From positions 258,788,001 to 258,852,000 of the forward strand of contig OZ024741.1 in assembly GCA_964016885.1 (NCBI GenBank): a DNA stretch of 64,000 bases. Direction: 5' to 3'. This document shows positions 12,001 through 24,000 of the stretch, one piece after another (within the stretch, counting starts at the first letter, position 1; each line of letters starts with the position of its first letter). A program made the translations under genes and the position numbers. The notes below the pieces were generated by a model. The model was not told where the DNA came from. It searched no databases and worked only from the letters and a program-made list of their open reading frames with translations. Origin of the DNA: Eledone cirrhosa (lineage: Eukaryota).

Positions 12001-15000
12001 GTGTTGTTGTTGTTGCTGTTTTCTCTGTCAGTGCCAGTGTTGTTGTAGTTGTTGCTGTTTTCTGTGTCAGTGCCACTGTTGTTGTTGCTGTTTTCTGTGT
12101 CAGTGCCAGTGTTGTTGATGTTGCTGTTTTCTCTGTCAGTGCCAGTGTTGTTGTTGCTGTTTTCTCTGTCAGTGCCAGTGTTGTTGTTGCTGTTTTCTGT
12201 GTCAGTGCCATTGTTATTGCTGTTGTTGCTGTTTTCTGTGTCAGTGCCAGTGTTGTTGTTGCTGTTGTTGCTGTTTTCTGTGTCAGTGCCAGTGTTGTTA
12301 CTGTTGCTGTTTTCTCTGTCAGTGCCAGTGTTGTTGTAGTTGTTGCTGTTTTCTCTGTCAGTGCCAGTGTTGTAGTTGTTGCTGTTTTCTGTGTCAGTGC
12401 CAGTGTTGTTGTAGTTGTTGCTGTTTTCTCTGTCAGTGCCAGTGTTATTGTAGTTGTTGCTGTTTTCTGTGTCAGTACCGGTGTTGTTGTTGTTGCTGTT
12501 TTCTCTGTCAGTGCCAGTGTTGTTGTTGTTGCTGTTTTCTCTGTCAGTGCCAGTGTTGTTGTTGTTGCTGTTTTCTGTGTCAGTGTCAGTGTTGTTGTTG
12601 TTGCTGTTTTCTGTGTCAGTGCCAGTGTTGTTTTAGTTGTTGCTGTTTTCTGTGTCAGTGCCAGTGTTGTTGTAGTTGTTGCTATTTTCTCTGTCAGTGC
12701 CAGTGTTGTTGTAGTTGTTGCTGTTTTCTCTGTCAGTGCCAGTGTTGTTGTAGTTGTTGCTGTTTTCTGTGTCAGTGCCAGTGTTGTTGTTGCTGTTTTC
12801 TCTGTCAGTGCCAGTGTTGTTGTAGTTGTTGCTGTTTTCTGTGTCAGTGCCAGTGTTGTTGTAGTTGTTGCTGTTTTCTCTGTCAGTGCCAGTGTTGTTG
12901 TAGTTGTTGCTGTTTTCTGTGTCAGTGCCAGTGTTGTTGTTGTTGCTGTTTTCTCTGTCAGTGCCAGTGTTGTTGTTGTTGTTGCTGTTTTCTCTGTCAG
13001 TGTTGTTGTAGTTGTTGCTATTTTCACTGTCAGTGCCAGTGTTGTTGTTGTTGCTGTTTTCTGTGTCAGTGCCAGTGTTGTTGTTGCTGTTTTCTCTGTC
13101 AGTGCCAGTGTTTTTGTTGTTGCTGTTTTCTGTGTCAGTGCCAGTGTTGTTGTTGTTGCTGTTTTCTCTGTCAGTGCCAGTGTTGTTGTTGCTGTTTTCA
13201 CTGTCAGTACCAGTGTTGTTGTTGTTGCTGTTTTCTCTGTCAGTGCCAGTGTTGTTGTAGTTGTTGCTGTTTTCTCTGTCAGTGCCAGTGTTATTGTAGT
13301 TGTTGCTGTTTTCTGTGTCAGTACCGGTGTTGTTGTTGTTGCTGTTTTCTCTGTCAGAGCCAGTGTTGTTGTTGCTGTTTTCTGTGTCAGTGCCAGTGTT
13401 GTTGTAGTTGTTGCTGTTTTCTGTGTCAGTGCCAGTGTTGTTGTAGTTGTTGCTGTTTTCTGTTTTAGTGCCAGTGTTGTTGTAGTTGTTGCTGTTTTCT
13501 CTGTCAGTGCCAGTGTTGTTGTAGTTGTTGCTGTTTTCTCTGTCAGTGCCAGTGTTGTTGTAGTTGTTGCTGTTTTCTCTGTCAGTGCCAGTGTTGTTGT
13601 AGTTGTTGCTGTTTTCTCTGTCAGTGCCAGTGTTGTTGTAATTTTTGCTGTTTTCTGTGTCAGTGCCAGTGTTGTTGCTGTTGTTGCTGTTTTCTGTGTC
13701 AGTGCCAGTGTTGTTGTTGTTGCTGTTTTCTGTGTCAGTGCCAGTGTTGTTGTAGTTGTTGCTGTTTTCTGTTTCAGTGCCAGTGTTGTTGTTGTTGCTG
13801 TTTTCTCTGTCAGTGCCAGTGTTGTTGTAGCTGTTGCTGTTTTCTGTGTCAGTGCCAGTGTTGTTGTAGTTGTTGCTGTTTACTGTGTCAGTGCCAGTGT
13901 TGTTGTAGTTCTTGCTGTTTTCTCTGTCAGTGCCAGTGTTGTTGTAGTTGTTGCTGTTTTCTCTGTCAGTGCCAGTGTTGTTGTAGTTGTTGCTGTTTTC
14001 TCTGTCAGTGCCAGTGTTGTTGTAGTTGTTGCTGTTTTCTCTGTCAGTGTCAGTGTTGTTGTTGTTGTTGCTGTTTTCTCTGTCAGTGCCAGTGTTGTAG
14101 TTGTTGCTGTTTTCTCTGTCAGTGCCAGTGTTGTTGTAGTTGTTGCTGTTTTCTGTGTCAGTGCCAGTGTTGTTGTTGCTGTTTTCTCTGTCAGTGCCAG
14201 TGTTGTTGTTGTTGCTATTTTCACTGTCAGTGCCAGTGTTGTTGTTGTTGCTATTTTCACTGTCAGTGCCAGTGTTGTTGTTGTTACTGTTGCTGTTTTC
14301 TGTGTCAGTGTCAGAGTTGTTGTTGTTACTGTTGCTGTTTTCTGTGCCAGTGTTATTGTTGCTGTTTTGTCTGTCAGTGCCAGTGTTGTAGTTGTTGCTG
14401 TTTTCTCTGTCAGTGCCAGTGTTGTTGTAGTTGTTGCTGTTTTCTGTGTCAGTGCCAGTGTTGTTGTTGTTGCTGTTTTCTGTGTCAGTGCCAGTGTTGT
14501 TTTTGTTGCTGTTTTCTCTCTCGGTGCCAGTGATGTTGTAGTTGTTGCTGTTTTCTGTGTTAGTGCCAGTGTTGTTGTGGTTGTTGCTGCTTTCTGTGTC
14601 AGTGCCAGTGTTGTTGCTGTTGCTGTTTTCTCTGTCAGTGGCAGTGTTGTTGTAGTTGTTGCTGCTTTCTCTGTCAGTGCCAGTGTTGTTGTAGTTGTTT
14701 CTGTTTTCTGTGTCAGTGCCAGTGTTGTTGTTGTTGCTGTTTTCTCTGTCAGTGCCAGTGTTGTTGTAGTTGTTGCTGTTTTCTGTGTCAGTGCCAGTGT
14801 TGTTTTTGTTGCTATTTTCACTGTCAGTGCCAGTGTTGTTGCTGTTGCTGTTTTCTCTCTCAGTGCCAGTGATGTTGTAGTTGTTGCTGTTTTCTGTGTT
14901 AGTGCCAGTGTTGTTGTGGTTGTTGCTGCTTTCTGTGTCAGTGCCAGTGTTGTTGCTGTTGCTGTTTTCTCTGTCAGTGCCAGTGTTGTTGTAGTTGTTG

Positions 15001-18000
15001 CTGCTTTCTCTGTCAGTGCCACTGTTGTTGTTGCTGTTTTCTGTGTCTGTGCCAGTGTTGTTGTTGTTGCTGTTTTCTCTGTCAGTGCCAGTGTTGTTGT
15101 TGTTGCTGTTTTCTGTGTCAGTGCCAGTGTTGTTGTAGTTGTTGCTGTTTTCTGTGTCAGTGCCAGTGTTGTTGTAGTTGTTGCTGTTTTCTGTGTCAGT
15201 GCCAGTGTTGTTGTAATTGCTGTTTTCTGTGTCAGTGCCAGTGTTGTTGTTGTTGCTATTTTCACTGTCAGTGCCAGTGTTGTTGCTGTTGCTGTTTTCT
15301 CTGTCAGTGCCAGTGGTGTTGTAGTTGTTGCTGTTTTCTGTGTTAGTGCCAGTGTTGTTGTAGTTGTTGCTGTTTTCTGTGTCAGTGCCAGTGTTGTTGT
15401 TGTTGTTGCTGTTTTCTCTGTCAGTGCCAGTGTTGTTGTAGTTGTTGCTGCTTTCTCTGTCAGTGCCATTGTTGTTGTAGTCGTTGCTGTTTTCTGTGTC
15501 AGTGCCAGTGTTGTTGTTGTTGCTGTTTTCTCTGTCAGTGCCAGTGTTGTTGTAGTTGTTGCTGTTCTCTGTGTCAGTGCCACTGTTGTTGTTGCTGTTT
15601 TCTGTGTCAGTGCCAGTGTTGTTGTTGTTGCTGTTTTCTCTGTCAGTGCCAGTGTTGTTGTTGCTGTTTTCTCTGTCAGTGCCAGTGTTGTTGTTGTTGC
15701 TGTTTTCTGCGTCAGTGCCATTGTTATTGCTGTTGTTGCTGTTTTCTGTGTCAGTGCCAGTGTTGTTGTTGCTGTTGTTGCTGTTTTCTGTGTCAGTGCC
15801 AGTGTTGTTGCTGTTGCTGTTTTCTCTGTCAGTGCCAGTGCTGTTGTAGTTGTTGCTGTTTTCTCTGTCAGTGCCAGTGTTGTAGTTGTTGCTGTTTTCT
15901 GTGTCAGTGCCAGTGTTGTTGTTGTTGCTGTTTACTCTGTCAGTGCCAGTGTTGTTGTAGTTGTTGCTGTTTTCTCTGTCAGTGCCAGTGTAGTTGTAGT
16001 TGTTGCTGTTTTCTGTGTCAGTACCGGTGTTGTTGTTGTTGCTGTTTTCTCTGTCAGTGCCAGTGTTGTTGTTGTTGCTGTTTTCTCTGTCAGTGCCAGT
16101 GTTGTTGTTGTTGCTGTTTTCTGTGTCAGTGCCAGTGTTGTTGTTGTTGCTGTTTTCTGTGTCAGTGCCAGTGTTGTTGTAGTTGTTGCTGTTTTCTGTG
16201 TCAGTGCCAGTGTTGTTTTAGTCGTTGCTGTTTTCTGTGTCAGTGCCAGTGTTGTTGTAGTTGTTGCTGTTTTCTCTGTCACTGCCAGTGTTGTTGTAGT
16301 TGTTGCTGTTTTATGTGTCAGTGCCAGTGTTGTTGTAGTTGTTGCTGTTTTCTCTGTGAGTGCCAGTGTTGTAGTTGTTGCTGTTTTCTCTGTTAGTGCC
16401 AGTGTTGTTGTAGTTGTTGATGTTTTCTGTGTCAGTGCCAGTGTTGTTGTTGTTGTTTTCTCTGTCAGTGCCAGTGTTGTTGTAGTTGTTGCTGTTTTCT
16501 GTGTCAGTGCCAGTGTTGTTGTAGTTGTTGCTGTTTTCTCTGTCAGTGCCAGTGTTGTAGTTGTTGCTGTTTTCTGTGTCAGTGCTAGTGTTGTTGTTGT
16601 TGCTGTTTTCTCTGTCAGTGCCAGTGTTGTTGTAGTTGTTGCTGTTTTCTCTGTCAGTGCCAGTTTTGTTGTAGTTGTTGCTGTTTTCTGTGTCCGTGCC
16701 AGTGTTGTTGTAGTTGTTGCTGTTTTCTCTGTCAGTGCCAGTGTTGTTGTTGTTGTTGTTGCTGTTTTCTCTGTCAGTGTTGTTGTTGTTGCTGTTTTCT
16801 GTGTCAGTGCCAGTGTTGTTGTTGCTGTTGTTGCTGTTTTCCGTGCCAGTGTTGTTGTAGTTGTTGCGGTTTTCTGTGTCAGTGCCAGTGTTGTTGTTGC
16901 TGTTGTTGCTGTTTTCCGTGCCAGTGTTGTTGTAGTTGTTGCGGTTTTCAGTGTCAGTGCCAGTGTTGTTATAGTTGTTGCTGTTTTCTCTGTCAGTGCC
17001 AGTGTTGTTGTAGTTGTTGCTGTTTTCTCTGTCAGTGCCAGTGTTGTTGTAGTTGTTGCTGTTTTCTGTGTCAGTGCCAGTGTTGTTGCTGTTGCTGTTT
17101 TCTCTGTCAGTGCCAGTGTTGTTGTAGTTGTTGCTGTTTTCTCTGTCAGTGCCAGTGTTGTTGTTGTTGCTGTTTTCTCTGTCAGTGCCAGTGTTGTTGT
17201 AGTTGTTGCTGTTTTCTCTGTCAGTGACAGTGTTGTTGTAGTTGTTGCTGTTTTCTGTGTCAGTGCCAGTGTTGTTGCTGTTGTTGCTGTTTTCTGTGTC
17301 AGTGCCAGTGTTGTTGTTGCTGTTTTCTCTGTCAGTGCCAGTGTTTTTGTTGTTGCTGTTTTCTGTGTCAGTGCCAGTGTTGTTCTAGTTGTTGATGTTT
17401 TCTGTGCCAGTGCCAGTGTTGTTGTAGTTGTTGCTGTTTTCTCTGTCAGTGCCAGTGTTGTTGTAGTTGTTGCTGTTTTCTCTGTCAGTGCCAGTGTTGT
17501 TGTAGTTGTTGCTGTTTTCTGTCAGTGCCAGTGTTGTTGTTGTTGCTGTTTTCTCTGTCAGTGCCAGTGTTGTTGTACTTATTGCTGTTTTCTGTGTCAG
17601 TGTCACTGTTGTTGTTGCTGTTTTCTGTGTCAGTGCCAGTGTTGTTGTTGTTGCTGTTTTCTCTGTCAGTGCCAGTGTTGTTGTTGCTGTTTTCTCTGTC
17701 AGTGCCAGTGTTGTTGTTGTTGCTGTTTTCTGTGTCAGTGCCATTGTTATTGCTGTTGTTGCTGTTTTCTATGTCAGTGCCAGTGTTGTTGTTGCTGTTG
17801 TTGCTGTTTTCTGTGTCAGTGCCACTGTTGTTGTTGCTGTTTTCTGTGTCTGTGCCAGTGTTGTTGTTGTTGCTGTTTTCTCTGTCAGTGCCAGTGTTGT
17901 TGTTGTTGCTGTTTTCTGTGTCAGTGCCAGTGTTGTTGTAGTTGTTGCTGTTTTCTGTGTCAGTGCCAGTGTTGTTGTAGTTGTTGCTGTTTTCTGTGTC

Positions 18001-21000
18001 AGTGCCAGTGTTGTTGTAATTGCTGTTTTCTGTGTCAGTGCCAGTGTTGTTGTTGTTGCTATTTTCACTGTCAGTGCCAGTGTTGTTGCTGTTGCTGTTT
18101 TCTCTGTCAGTGCCAGTGATGTTGTATTTGTTGCTGTTTTCTGTGTTAGTGCCAGTGTTGTTGTAGTTGTTGCTGTTTTCTGTGTCAGTGCCAGTGTTGT
18201 TGTTGTTGTTGCTGTTTTCTCTGTCAGTGCCAGTGTTGTTGTAGTTGTTGCTGCTTTCTCTGTCAGTGCCATTGTTGTTGTAGTCGTTGCTGTTTTCTGT
18301 GTCAGTGCCAGTGTTGTTGTTGTTGCTGTTTTCTCTGTCAGTGCCAGTGTTGTTGTAGTTGTTGCTGTTTTCTGTGTCAGTGCCACTGTTGTTGTTGCTG
18401 TTTTCTGTGTCAGTGCCAGTGTTGTTGTTGTTGCTGTTTTCTCTGTCAGTGCCAGTGTTGTTGTTGCTGTTTTCTCTGTCAGTGCCAGTGTTGTTGTTGT
18501 TGCTGTTTTCTGCGTCAGTGCCATTGTTATTGCTGTTGTTGCTGTTTTCTGTGTCAGTGCCAGTGTTGTTGCTGTTGCTGTTTTCTCTGTCAGTGCCAGT
18601 GTTGTTGTTGCTGTTGTTGCTGTTTTCTGTGTCAGTGCCAGTGTTGTTGCTGTTGCTGTTTTCTCTGTCAGTGCCAGTGTTGTTGTAGTTGTTGCTGTTT
18701 TCTCTGTCAGTGCCAGTGTTGTAGTTGTTGCTGTTTTCTGTGTCAGTGCCAGTGTTGTTGTTGTTGCTGTTTTCTCTGTCAGTGCCAGTGTTGTTGTTGC
18801 TGTTTTCTCTGTCAGTGCCAGTGTTGTTGTTGTTGCTGTTTTCTGCGTCAGTGCCATTGTTATTGCTGTTGTTGCTGTTTTCTGTGTCAGTGCCAGTGTT
18901 GTTGTTGCTGTTGTTGCTGTTTTCTGTGTCAGTGCCAGTGTTGTTGCTGTTGCTGTTTTCTCTGTCAGTGCCAGTGTTGTTGTAGTTGTTGCTGTTTTCT
19001 CTGTCAGTGCCAGTGTTGTAGTTGTTGCTGTTTTCTGTGTCAGTGCCAGTGTTGTTGTTGTTGCTGTTTACTCTGTCAGTGCCAGTGTTGTTGTAGTTGT
19101 TGCTGTTTTCTCTGTCAGTGCCAGTGTAGTTGTAGTTGTTGCTGTTTTCTGTGTCAGTACCGGTGTTGTTGTTGTTGCTGTTTTCTCTGTCAGTGCCAGT
19201 GTTGTTGTTGTTGCTGTTTTCTCTGTCAGTGCCAGTGTTGTTGTTGTTGCTGTTTTCTGTGTCAGTGCCAGTGTTGTAGTTGTTGCTGTTTTCTGTGTCA
19301 GTGCCAGTGTTGTTTTAGTCGTTGCTGTTTTCTGTGTCAGTGCCAGTGTTGTTGTAGTTGTTGCTGTTTTCTCTGTCACTGCCAGTGTTGTTGTAGTTGT
19401 TGCTGTTTTATGTGTCAGTGCCAGTGTTGTTGTAGTTGTTGCTGTTTTCTCTGTGAGTGCCAGTGTTGTAGTTGTTGCTGTTTTCTCTGTTAGTGCCAGT
19501 GTTGTTGTAGTTGTTGATGTTTTCTGTGTCAGTGCCAGTGTTGTTGTTGTTGTTTTCTCTGTCAGTGCCAGTGTTGTTGTAGTTGTTGCTGTTTTCTGTG
19601 TCAGTGCCAGTGTTGTTGTAGTTGTTGCTGTTTTCTCTGTCAGTGCCAGTGTTGTTGTAGTTGTTGCTGTTTTCTGTGTCAGTGCTAGTGTTGTTGTTGT
19701 TGCTGTTTTCTCTGTCAGTGCCAGTGTTGTTGTAGTTGTTGCTGTTTTCTCTGTCAGTGCCAGTTTTGTTGTAGTTGTTGCTGTTTTCTGTGTCCGTGCC
19801 AGTGTTGTTGTAGTTGTTGCTGTTTTCTCTGTCAGTGCCAGTGTTGTTGTTGTTGTTGTTGCTGTTTTCTCTGTCAGTGTTGTTGTTGTTGCTGTTTTCT
19901 GTGTCAGTGCCAGTGTTGTTGTTGCTGTTGTTGCTGTTTTCCGTGCCAGTGTTGTTGTAGTTGTTGCGGTTTTCTGTGTCAGTGCCAGTGTTGTTGTAGT
20001 TGTTGCTGTTTTCTGTGTCAGTGCCAGTGTTGTTGTAGTTGTTGCTGTTTTCTGTGTCAGTGCCAGTGTTGTTATAGTTGTTGCTGTTTTCTCTGTCAGT
20101 GCCAGTGTTGTTGTAGTTGTTGCTGCTTTCTCTGTCAGTGCCAGTGTTGTTGTAGTTGTTGCTGTTTTCTGTGTCAGTGCCAGTGTTGTTGCTGTTGCTG
20201 TTTTCTCTGTCAGTGCCAGTGTTGTTGTAGTTGTTGCTGTTTTCTCTGTCAGTGCCAGTGTTGTTGTTGTTGCTGTTTTCTCTGTCAGTGCCAGTGTTGT
20301 TGTAGTTGTTGCTGTTTTCTCTGTCAGTGACAGTGTTGTTGTAGTTGTTGCTGTTTTCTGTGTCAGTGCCAGTGTTGTTGCTGTTGTTGCTGTTTTCTGT
20401 GTCAGTGCCAGTGTTGTTGTTGCTGTTTTCTCTGTCAGTGCCAGTGTTTTTGTTGTTGCTGTTTTCTGTGTCAGTGCCAGTGTTGTTCTAGTTGTTGATG
20501 TTTTCTGTGCCAGTGCCAGTGTTGTTGTAGTTGTTGCTGTTTTCTCTGTCAGTGCCAGTGTTGTTGTAGTTGTTGCTGTTTTCTCTGTCAGTGCCAGTGT
20601 TGTTGTAGTTGTTGCTGTTTTCTGTCAGTGCCAGTGTTGTTGTTGTTGCTGTTTTCTCTGTCAGTGCCAGTGTTGTTGTACTTATTGCTGTTTTCTGTGT
20701 CAGTGTCACTGTTGTTGTTGCTGTTTTCTGTGTCAGTGCCAGTGTTGTTGTTGTTGCTGTTTTCTCTGTCAGTGCCAGTGTTGTTGTTGCTGTTTTCTCT
20801 GTCAGTGCCAGTGTTGTTGTTGTTGCTGTTCTCTGTGTCAGTGCCATTGTTATTGCTGTTGTTGCTGTTTTCTATGTCAGTGCCAGTGTTGTTGTTGCTG
20901 TTGTTGCTGTTTTCTGTGTCAGTGCCACTGTTGTTGTTGCTGTTTTCTGTGTCTGTGCCAGTGTTGTTGTTGTTGCTGTTTTCTCTGTCAGTGCCAGTGT

Positions 21001-24000
21001 TGTTGTTGTTGCTGTTTTCTGTGTCAGTGCCAGTGTTGTTGTAGTTGTTGCTGTTTTCTGTGTCAGTGCCAGTGTTGTTGTAGTTGTTGCTGTTTTCTGT
21101 GTCAGTGCCAGTGTTGTTGTAATTGCTGTTTTCTGTGTCAGTGCCAGTGTTGTTGTTGTTGCTATTTTCACTGTCAGTGCCAGTGTTGTTGCTGTTGCTG
21201 TTTTCTCTGTCAGTGCCAGTGATGTTGTATTTGTTGCTGTTTTCTGTGTTAGTGCCAGTGTTGTTGTAGTTGTTGCTGTTTTCTGTGTCAGTGCCAGTGT
21301 TGTTGTTGTTGTTGCTGTTTTCTCTGTCAGTGCCAGTGTTGTTGTAGTTGTTGCTGCTTTCTCTGTCAGTGCCATTGTTGTTGTAGTCGTTGCTGTTTTC
21401 TGTGTCAGTGCCAGTGTTGTTGTTGTTGCTGTTTTCTCTGTCAGTGCCAGTGTTGTTGTAGTTGTTGCTGTTTTCTGTGTCAGTGCCACTGTTGTTGTTG
21501 CTGTTTTCTGTGTCAGTGCCAGTGTTGTTGTTGTTGCTGTTTTCTCTGTCAGTGCCAGTGTTGTTGTTGCTGTTTTCTCTGTCAGTGCCAGTGTTGTTGT
21601 TGTTGCTGTTTTCTGCGTCAGTGCCATTGTTATTGCTGTTGTTGCTGTTTTCTGTGTCAGTGCCAGTGTTGTTGCTGTTGCTGTTTTCTCTGTCAGTGCC
21701 AGTGTTGTTGTTGCTGTTGTTGCTGTTTTCTGTGTCAGGGCCAGTGTTGTTGCTGTTGCTGTTTTCTCTGTCAGTGCCAGTGTTGTTGTAGTTGTTGCTG
21801 TTTTCTCTGTCAGTGCCAGTGTTGTAGTTGTTGCTGTTTTCTGTGTCAGTGCCAGTGTTGTTGTTGTTGCTGTTTTCTCTGTCAGTGCCAGTGTTGTTGT
21901 AGTTGTTGCTGCTTTCTCTGTCAGTGCCATTGTTGTTGTAGTCGTTGCTGTTTTCTGTGTCAGTGCCAGTGTTGTTGTTGTTGCTGTTTTCTCTGTCAGT
22001 GCCAGTGTTGTTGTAGTTGTTGCTGTTTTCTGTGTCAGTGCCACTGTTGTTGTTGCTGTTTTCTGTGTCAGTGCCAGTGTTGTTGTTGTTGCTGTTTTCT
22101 CTGTCAGTGCCAGTGTTGTTGTTGCTGTTTTCTCTGTCAGTGCCAGTGTTGTTGTTGTTGCTGTTTTCTGCGTCAGTGCCATTGTAATTGCTGTTGTTGC
22201 TGTTTTCTGTGTCAGTGCCAGTGTTGTTGCTGTTGCTGTTTTCTCTGTCAGTGCCAGTGTTGTTGTTGCTGTTGTTGCTGTTTTCTGTGTCAGTGCCAGT
22301 GTTGTTGCTGTTGCTGTTTTCTCTGTCAGTGCCAGTGTTGTTGTAGTTGTTGCTGTTTTCTCTGTCAGTGCCAGTGTTGTAGTTGTTGCTGTTTTCTGTG
22401 TCAGTGCCAGTGTTGTTGTTGTTGCTGTTTTCTCTGTCAGTGCCAGTGTTGTTGTTGCTGTTTTCTCTGTCAGTGCCAGTGTTGTTGTTGTTGCTGTTTT
22501 CTGCGTCAGTGCCATTGTTATTGCTGTTGTTGCTGTTTTCTGTGTCAGTGCCAGTGTTGTTGTTGCTGTTGTTGCTGTTTTCTGTGTCAGTGCCAGTGTT
22601 GTTGCTGTTGCTGTTTTCTCTGTCAGTGCCAGTGTTGTTGTAGTTGTTGCTGTTTTCTCTGTCAGTGCCAGTGTTGTAGTTGTTGCTGTTTTCTGTGTCA
22701 GTGCCAGTGTTGTTGTTGTTGCTGTTTACTCTGTCAGTGCCAGTGTTGTTGTAGTTGTTGCTGTTTTCTCTGTCAGTGCCAGTGTAGTTGTAGTTGTTGC
22801 TGTTTTCTGTGTCAGTACCGGTGTTGTTGTTGTTGCTGTTTTCTCTGTCAGTGCCAGTGTTGTTGTTGTTGCTGTTTTCTCTGTCAGTGCCAGTGTTGTT
22901 GTTGTTGCTGTTTTCTGTGTCAGTGCCAGTGTTGTAGTTGTTGCTGTTTTCTGTGTCAGTGCCAGTGTTGTTTTAGTCGTTGCTGTTTTCTGTGTCAGTG
23001 CCAGTGTTGTTGTAGTTGTTGCTGTTTTCTCTGTCACTGCCAGTGTTGTTGTAGTTGTTGCTGTTTTATGTGTCAGTGCCAGTGTTGTTGTAGTTGTTGC
23101 TGTTTTCTCTGTGAGTGCCAGTGTTGTAGTTGTTGCTGTTTTCTCTGTTAGTGCCAGTGTTGTTGTAGTTGTTGATGTTTTCTGTGTCAGTGCCAGTGTT
23201 GTTGTTGTTGTTTTCTCTGTCAGTGCCAGTGTTGTTGTAGTTGTTGCTGTTTTCTGTGTCAGTGCCAGTGTTGTTGTAGTTGTTGCTGTTTTCTCTGTCA
23301 GTGCCAGTGTTGTTGTAGTTGTTGCTGTTTTCTGTGTCAGTGCTAGTATTGTTGTTGTTGCTGTTTTCTCTGTCAGTGCCAGTGTTGTTGTAGTTGTTGC
23401 TGTTTTCTCTGTCAGTGCCAGTTTTGTTGTAGTTGTTGCTGTTTTCTGTGTCCGTGCCAGTGTTGTTGTAGTTGTTGCTGTTTTCTCTGTCAGTGCCAGT
23501 GTTGTTGTTGTTGTTGTTGCTGTTTTCTCTGTCAGTGTTGTTGTTGTTGCTGTTTTCTGTGTCAGTGCCAGTGTTGTTGTTGCTGTTGTTGCTGTTTTCC
23601 GTGCCAGTGTTGTTGTAGTTGTTGCGGTTTTCTGTGTCAGTGCCAGTGTTGTTGTAGTTGTTGCTGTTTTCTGTGTCAGTGCCAGTGTTGTTGTAGTTGT
23701 TGCTGTTTTCTGTGTCAGTGCCAGTGTTGTTATAGTTGTTGCTGTTTTCTCTGTCAGTGCCAGTGTTGTTGTAGTTGTTGCTGCTTTCTCTGTCAGTGCC
23801 AGTGTTGTTGTAGTTGTTGCTGTTTTCTGTGTCAGTGCCAGTGTTGTTGCTGTTGCTGTTTTCTCTGTCAGTGCCAGTGTTGTTGTAGTTGTTGCTGTTT
23901 TCTCTGTCAGTGCCAGTGTTGTTGTTGTTGCTGTTTTCTCTGTCAGTGCCAGTGTTGTTGTAGTTGTTGCTGTTTTCTCTGTCAGTGACAGTGTTGTTGT